Source: a bacterium (lineage in GTDB: Bacteria > Electryoneota > Electryoneia > Electryoneales > Electryoneaceae). From it: a stretch of 64,000 nt of DNA. The DNA lies in assembly GCA_043801585.1 (NCBI GenBank), contig JAZDLX010000179.1:1-64000 (forward strand), written 5' to 3'. Shown piece by piece: positions 58,609-64,000 of the stretch (the first letter of the stretch is position 1; each line of letters opens with the position of its first letter). Under the pieces are notes generated by a model. The model worked only from the letters and a program-made list of their open reading frames with translations, made no database searches and was not told the DNA's origin. Made by a program: the position numbers and the translations under genes.

Positions 58609-59634
58609 TCAGTTCTTCAGGAGCACCGGCTCATAGCGCTCGAAGTTGTCGAGCACAACACCGGTACCACGGACGACACAGGTAAGCGGATCCTCGGCCA
58701 GGTTGATCGGGAGACTCGTTTCATCGCGCAACCGCTGATCGAGGCCACGCAACAGGGCTCCGCCGCCTGTCAGGATGATTCCGCGGTCACGGATGTCGGC
58801 GGAAAGCATCGGAGGGGTGCGTTCGAGAGCGAGTTTCACTGCATCGACAATCTGTCCGACCGGCTCTCCAATCGCCTCGCGAATCTCGACCGAATTGATT
58901 TCGATGGCTTTCGGAATGCCCGCGACGAGGTCACGGCCTTTGGCGATCATACTCAGTTCCTGTTCGAGGGGAACAGCCGAACCCACCTTGTGCTTGATCT
59001 CCTCGGCCATCCGCTCGCCGATCAACAGGTTGTAGTTGCGGCGCATGAACTGGACAATCACCTCGTCCATTTCGTCTCCACCGACACGGATCGAGGTGTC
59101 GTTGACAATGCCCGAGAGCGAAATGATCGCGATTTCCGTCGTGCCGCCGCCGAGGTCGATCACCATGCTGCCGACCGCTTCGTTCACCGGAAGGCCAACG
59201 CCGAGGGCGGCGGCCATCGGTTCCGCGATCAGGTGAACCTCACGGCATCCGGAGTGTTCCGCGGCGTCACGGATGATCCGCTTTTCCGATTTCGTTACAC
59301 CGGATGGAACGCAGACAATGGCGCGTGGGCGGATCAGCCGGTTCTTGACAACCCGGCGCAACAGGCTGCGGATCATGATCTCCGCGACTTCGTCATCGTC
59401 GATCACCCCGTGGCGCATCGGGCGGATCACCTCGATGTGGCTGTGGGTCTTGCCCATCATCTCCCGGGCTTCCCGGCCGATGGCGACAATACGGTTGTCG
59501 TCCTTGCGGATGGCGACCACCGAGGGTTCGCGTACTACGATGCCCCGGCCTTTCACGTACACAAGCGTGTTGGCTGTGCCGAGGTCCATCGCAATATCAC
59601 TGGTGAGAAACTGGCCGAAGCTGAACAAACCCAT
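58609..59634 (-). CDS. mreB: Rod shape-determining actin MreB
   Basis: DLGTANT, EPSVVA, EPMAAA, DLGGGTTE, LTGGGALL. Confidence 0.96.
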   Translation of the reverse strand: MGLFSFGQFLTSDIAMDLGTANTLVYVKGRGIVVREPSVVAIRKDDNRIVAIGREAREMMGKTHSHIEVIRPMRHGVIDDDEVAEIMIRSLLRRVVKNRLIRPRAIVCVPSGVTKSEKRIIRDAAEHSGCREVHLIAEPMAAALGVGLPVNEAVGSMVIDLGGGTTEIAIISLSGIVNDTSIRVGGDEMDEVIVQFMRRNYNLLIGERMAEEIKHKVGSAVPLEQELSMIAKGRDLVAGIPKAIEINSVEIREAIGEPVGQIVDAVKLALERTPPMLSADIRDRGIILTGGGALLRGLDQRLRDETSLPINLAEDPLTCVVRGTGVVLDNFERYEPVLLKN

Positions 59635-59978
59635 CAGGAGGTCTCCGCCAAAGCGCCCCGTTACGGGAAGAATTGCCCCGTTCGTGTGTTCCCAAATACT
59701 TGGTCGTGCGAAAGTAGCGAAGAGCACCCGATGAATCAAGCAAAAGTGCCATCTGGAGGAGAAGAATGCGCCTCACAACCCCCGTTCAGCAGGGAATTTT
59801 TCGGAATTCGCACACCTTGCACGTGAAGGGGGATTGCAAGCGCGGCTGATTGACTCAGAATCCGGTGATTGGGAAGGAAAGATGGTTGCCGTGGCAATCA
59901 AACTGCCCGGGAAGGACAACAAGCGGGGAGTATAAGTATGCTCAGTCGCTTTTCCCTCTTCACCCAGGTCGAGGCTGG

Positions 59979-62378
59979 TTATCGCACCAGTACGACCCTG
60001 TGAACTTCACGAACACCCCCGGATTCCAGCGCGATAAGGTAGACACCGCTTGCCAGCGAACTGGCGTCCACGCTAAACGTGTGAACACCGACCGGGAAAC
60101 GGTATTCCTGTTTAAGAATCTCTTGACCGAGCAGATTATAAAGTGTGCTTCGAATAACCCCTGCGTCTGTAACACGAACAACCGTATTGAATTGGCTGTT
60201 GAACGGGTTGGGGTAGATAGACAGCAGGGCGAAGCGGGAGGGTTGTCCAGCCGGTTCGATATTGGTGATCAATGCGGGGTCGAAAGCAAACGCACGCATT
60301 GTGTACCCTTGAGCAGTGTACACCACTCCATCTCCAACGGACAATCCGATAGTTCCTGTTTTAATCGCCGGAGCCGGGTATTGTGGGTAGTAAGAGTAAG
60401 GTGTTTCGTCTTGAGCAAGAATGACAGGTTCTTCGGGGTCGGATACATCCACAATGGCGATTCCACCACTTCCGTTCGCAACGAACAACGCGTTCCCACC
60501 AAAGGCCATTTTGCTGACAAAACTATAAACACTGAAGACTTTGGAGTTTCCGAGAACAGTCGGCAGGTCCGGGTTGGTGGCATTGAGAATCACGATGTCG
60601 CCCGTGCTTGTGCCGATATAAGCCCTATTCCCTGAAATTCTTACACAGAACGCAGAGTTCGGCACGTAAACGGAACCCACTTCCCATGGAGTAGAAGGAT
60701 CGCTGACATTGATAATCCGGACGTTGTAGATGTCGTCCGCGAGGTAGACATACTGTCTCGTAAGGTCCAAATCGTAGGCGTATCCCTGTGTATCGAGACT
60801 CCCAGTTTCGTGCGGGTGAGTTGGATCGCTGATGTCAATGATTCGCAATCCTTCGGGTCCATCAGCTATGTAGGCCAGATTATCCACAACCTTTAGAGCG
60901 TAGGCAATTCCGGGTGTATCGATGCTCCCGACCAGTTCCAGGCTGGAATCGTCATGAAGCGTCAGGATGTCAAACCCTTCCGTGCCAGCGGCCACGTAGA
61001 TATAGCCGTCTTTGGCCTCTACGTCCAGGACATGCCCGAGGGAACCGATACGTCCCACCTCGAGCATGTTCTCGGGATACGAGACGTCGACAACGCGCAC
61101 GTATCCACCAAGATCGGCAACGAGAACTCGATTGTCCACCAGGCAGACATCCACGACACCCACATTCTGGTCAAATCGGCCAACCAGTTTCGGAGTTTCA
61201 GGAGAACCGATTGATACCAGGCGAAACACTCCATCAAATGTATCCAACACCCCGAGGAGGGTGTCCTGCATCGCTTGGCTGGCAGTACATCCAAATCCCC
61301 CAAGTCCACCGACATACTGGAGGGAATCCGCATCCGTTATTCGATATGCATACATGCTACCGGTGGCGATGTACATGTATTGCCCCCTGATCGCGAGGCG
61401 GCCGCCATAGGGCCGCATCTTTTTCACTTGAACATTCACAGGGACAAGCGTATCCGCAGGTGTCAGCTCCAGAATGCGTAGCAGCAATTCATCGTAGGAG
61501 TAGCCGTAGGGCGATCTGAATTCGACTGTGTACAATCGGCTGCCGGAAAAACTGCCGTCTTGGATGTACCCATCCAGCACGAGCCGTTGGATTTGCTGCG
61601 GTTGAGACAGATCCGTGAGGTCCAGGCTGACAAGATTCGTCGTGTACGTGTAAACATTTCTGTCCGGATCATACCAGTAGTAGGACTTCAGGAAGGAAAC
61701 CAGCGCATTGTTTCCATTCGCTCGGACCCAGTCGGTCTTTTCACTTGCCGTGAACGAACCGGCAACCGTCCAGTCATCCGAATCTGTGCGGATGGCCGCT
61801 CGAAATCCCTCGTCGGAACAGGCGAGCAACAGGGTGTCTTGACCGATCATGTCAGAATCGGCGATTTTCCCGGCAAGAGTCTGCGTGCGGATCAATGTGG
61901 GATGAACAGGGTCGCTGAGATTCAGACGGTGTACACGGCCATCCGAAACGATCAGGTTCAACTCTCTCGATGTGAGCTCCAGTCGAACGAGGTTTCCCAG
62001 GCCTTTTAAACGGTTGACTTCAACCGGGTTTGAATCATCGGAAAGATCAAGGATGGAAAGGCCGCTGCTCCCCAAGGCAACGTAGGCGTAGTGACTCATG
62101 AATACGGCATCCCTTGGGTCAAGCCAGTCGCCGTATATCGAACCGATACTTTCCAGGTCTTCCGATGAGGTTTGTCGGATTTGAGCTTTGGGATGATCTG
62201 CCGGATCAGGGAAATCGCTTGCAGCGGAACTTCTTTCGAGCAACGCACGGAGGGGATACTCGGTTTGAATCGCATTCGCTGCGAAGGGAGGAAGCAACAA
62301 CGCAAAGAGAACAAGCAATACCCACCGTGCAGGCTTATGAAGTCCTTCGGACCTCTTGACTGTGTTGAATAATTGCAT
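59979..62378 (-). CDS. LVIVD-repeat secreted protein with T9SS-like CTD
   Basis: Repeated YAYVA..G..GL.I.D.SDP..P units; signal peptide; CTD YPNPFN...ASGVY. Confidence 0.82.
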   Translation of the reverse strand: MQLFNTVKRSEGLHKPARWVLLVLFALLLPPFAANAIQTEYPLRALLERSSAASDFPDPADHPKAQIRQTSSEDLESIGSIYGDWLDPRDAVFMSHYAYVALGSSGLSILDLSDDSNPVEVNRLKGLGNLVRLELTSRELNLIVSDGRVHRLNLSDPVHPTLIRTQTLAGKIADSDMIGQDTLLLACSDEGFRAAIRTDSDDWTVAGSFTASEKTDWVRANGNNALVSFLKSYYWYDPDRNVYTYTTNLVSLDLTDLSQPQQIQRLVLDGYIQDGSFSGSRLYTVEFRSPYGYSYDELLLRILELTPADTLVPVNVQVKKMRPYGGRLAIRGQYMYIATGSMYAYRITDADSLQYVGGLGGFGCTASQAMQDTLLGVLDTFDGVFRLVSIGSPETPKLVGRFDQNVGVVDVCLVDNRVLVADLGGYVRVVDVSYPENMLEVGRIGSLGHVLDVEAKDGYIYVAAGTEGFDILTLHDDSSLELVGSIDTPGIAYALKVVDNLAYIADGPEGLRIIDISDPTHPHETGSLDTQGYAYDLDLTRQYVYLADDIYNVRIINVSDPSTPWEVGSVYVPNSAFCVRISGNRAYIGTSTGDIVILNATNPDLPTVLGNSKVFSVYSFVSKMAFGGNALFVANGSGGIAIVDVSDPEEPVILAQDETPYSYYPQYPAPAIKTGTIGLSVGDGVVYTAQGYTMRAFAFDPALITNIEPAGQPSRFALLSIYPNPFNSQFNTVVRVTDAGVIRSTLYNLLGQEILKQEYRFPVGVHTFSVDASSLASGVYLIALESGGVREVHRVVLVR

Positions 62379-62382
62379 GTCC

Positions 62383-64000
62383 CTATCTCAAAAGTGTAAT
62401 ACTGGAGGATTGCAGGATTCGGCCATGCTGACGGACGACAACCAGATAGGTGCCGCTGGCGATCCATTCAGCGGGCTTCCAGGTCACGGATGTACCAGAG
62501 ACCATCCCTGCCGTCATCCGCGTCACCAACCTGCCAGTCAGATCGTACACCTCCAATTCTGAACCCGACACACCCTTATCTATCCAAGTGAAACGGATGG
62601 TTTCGTTGAAGGGATTCGGCCAAGCTTTTACTACTGGATCGCCATTGTCGGGCGGCTGTGAAGCGACAGTGGGTTCGCTGCCACCACTCGGAGAGGGAAC
62701 CCCAAGGACATAAGGTTGGTTGTCAATGGTGATCGGGAGGATTACGCTTCCATCCGCAAGATGGATCGGGGTATAGTAATAGTAGTATTTTCCCAATTGA
62801 GCATCACCCATGGTATAGGGTGTGTTTTTCCACAGGTCTTCTGTTCCGCTGGCGTTTATTAACTGGGCAGTTATGAAAGAGTAGCCGAGTCCGTCGGGAT
62901 CCTCTCGATATCGCCTGAGGAAGATGATTGGCAACTCGTTCTCGCCTATTCCGAAAGTGCATACCGACGATGGATGGCCCGCTGGGTAACCAATTTTTGA
63001 CCAGAGTGTATTGGTACCATGATCTTGGATGATCTCTCCCGAGGGAGAATAGATACCGACGTTTACACTTCCGCCGTGTGTGTAGCTGCCCACATCGGAA
63101 AAAAACAAATTGCCCGAAGGCAGGACACAAGGGGGGTCGGATACACCACCCTGCTGGATTGGATTGATATCGCGTTTAGTTATCAACTCGTTCTGCGAGG
63201 AGATGAAATAGATCGTCGCTTCGCCATCGAAATATTCTGCGATGGCATATGCACCACCGGTCTTATTCGCTATGACATGAAAATGATTGAGATAGCGTTC
63301 TCCGAGGGTTCTACCACCTATCGACGAACCGTTTGCATTGGTGTGGACGTAATAAAGCACATTCTTGAGATATTGATTCCAGACGATGTGAGTTCCCCCA
63401 TTTCCATCTGAACAAATATTTATTCCTTCGATATTTGAATCCCAAGCAACAGCCAGATCATGCGAAACTAATTCATTATCGCGGGAAACATGAGCGAGAC
63501 GAATGGTTGAATAACCGTTTGTCAAATAGACATACCAGAAACCGTTGTTTCCATCGGAGCAGACGGGATGGGGCCGGGTGTAAGGGTAACCATCGGGACT
63601 GATTGGTGTATTCTGAGAGAGCTGCTGTCCAAGGCCACTATAAAGCCGCTGACCTTCACGTGAATAGCGTTGAACGTAAGGGATGCCCGCCTTTCCATAG
63701 ACTACCCATACTCCCCCATCCTCGGTAGAGAATACTGCCAGAATTCCGCCATAGTCGGAACCGTCGAAAACGACCACACTGTCCTGAGGGAACAGCAATA
63801 CTCCGGATGCTGAAACATGTTGCAGGAAGACTTGCGCGGAATTGTAAGGCTGATAAGCGAACCAGGCGCCTGAATCGGAATCTGCATCAGAGAAATAACG
63901 ACCAAGGCTGTAGGATGACAATTGCAACGCGTAATGGCCCCATTCCGCTTTCAGGCAGGTAGGGATCAAAAAGAGAAGTAAGATAAATGATATTCTGTGA
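62383..64000 (-). CDS. Secreted protein with T9SS-like CTD, 5' end beyond the window edge
   Basis: Frame is open to the edge (HRISFILLLFLIPTCLKA, signal-like); SDG.GG repeats; CTD WPNPFN...ASGTY. Confidence 0.72.
   Translation of the reverse strand, partial: HRISFILLLFLIPTCLKAEWGHYALQLSSYSLGRYFSDADSDSGAWFAYQPYNSAQVFLQHVSASGVLLFPQDSVVVFDGSDYGGILAVFSTEDGGVWVVYGKAGIPYVQRYSREGQRLYSGLGQQLSQNTPISPDGYPYTRPHPVCSDGNNGFWYVYLTNGYSTIRLAHVSRDNELVSHDLAVAWDSNIEGINICSDGNGGTHIVWNQYLKNVLYYVHTNANGSSIGGRTLGERYLNHFHVIANKTGGAYAIAEYFDGEATIYFISSQNELITKRDINPIQQGGVSDPPCVLPSGNLFFSDVGSYTHGGSVNVGIYSPSGEIIQDHGTNTLWSKIGYPAGHPSSVCTFGIGENELPIIFLRRYREDPDGLGYSFITAQLINASGTEDLWKNTPYTMGDAQLGKYYYYYTPIHLADGSVILPITIDNQPYVLGVPSPSGGSEPTVASQPPDNGDPVVKAWPNPFNETIRFTWIDKGVSGSELEVYDLTGRLVTRMTAGMVSGTSVTWKPAEWIASGTYLVVVRQHGRILQSSSITLLR

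Noticed and set aside
63967..63969. TTG start proposed by the ORF track for the last gene
   Set aside because: The frame stays open to the window edge through a hydrophobic signal-like stretch, so the true start is upstream

Overview
A 64-kb, moderately GC-rich bacterial chromosomal segment with about 55 protein-coding genes, mostly housekeeping and metabolic. Three cargo proteins with T9SS-like C-terminal domains (Y/WPNPFN motif) and a TonB receptor + DUF4249 pair suggest the FCB group. Strong GGAGG Shine-Dalgarno sites and TTGACA/TATAAT promoters suggest a non-Bacteroidota lineage (inference). Content includes peptide-scavenging enzymes (exported prolyl oligopeptidase, M24 peptidase, three tandem PepF paralogs of which two carry signal peptides, a POT-like transporter), the mreBCD-mrdA-rodA operon, queG, pfk, hisC, lat, pit + DUF47, rpmG, a Phd/RelE toxin-antitoxin islet and an SdpRI module. 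The most notable observations are: (1) a RAYT-type Y1 transposase bracketed by two inverted-repeat doublets of the same AT-rich 24-bp unit, one of which ends a small lipoprotein-like ORF; (2) structurally related GAC-A-GT-core palindromes elsewhere in the window; (3) a catalytically degenerate Re-citrate-synthase-like protein next to a lone LeuD/HacB small subunit; (4) a tightly coupled rseC-queG pair. I saw no tRNA, rRNA or CRISPR array. All product calls come from motif recognition by eye, and many starts were adjusted from the ORF track.
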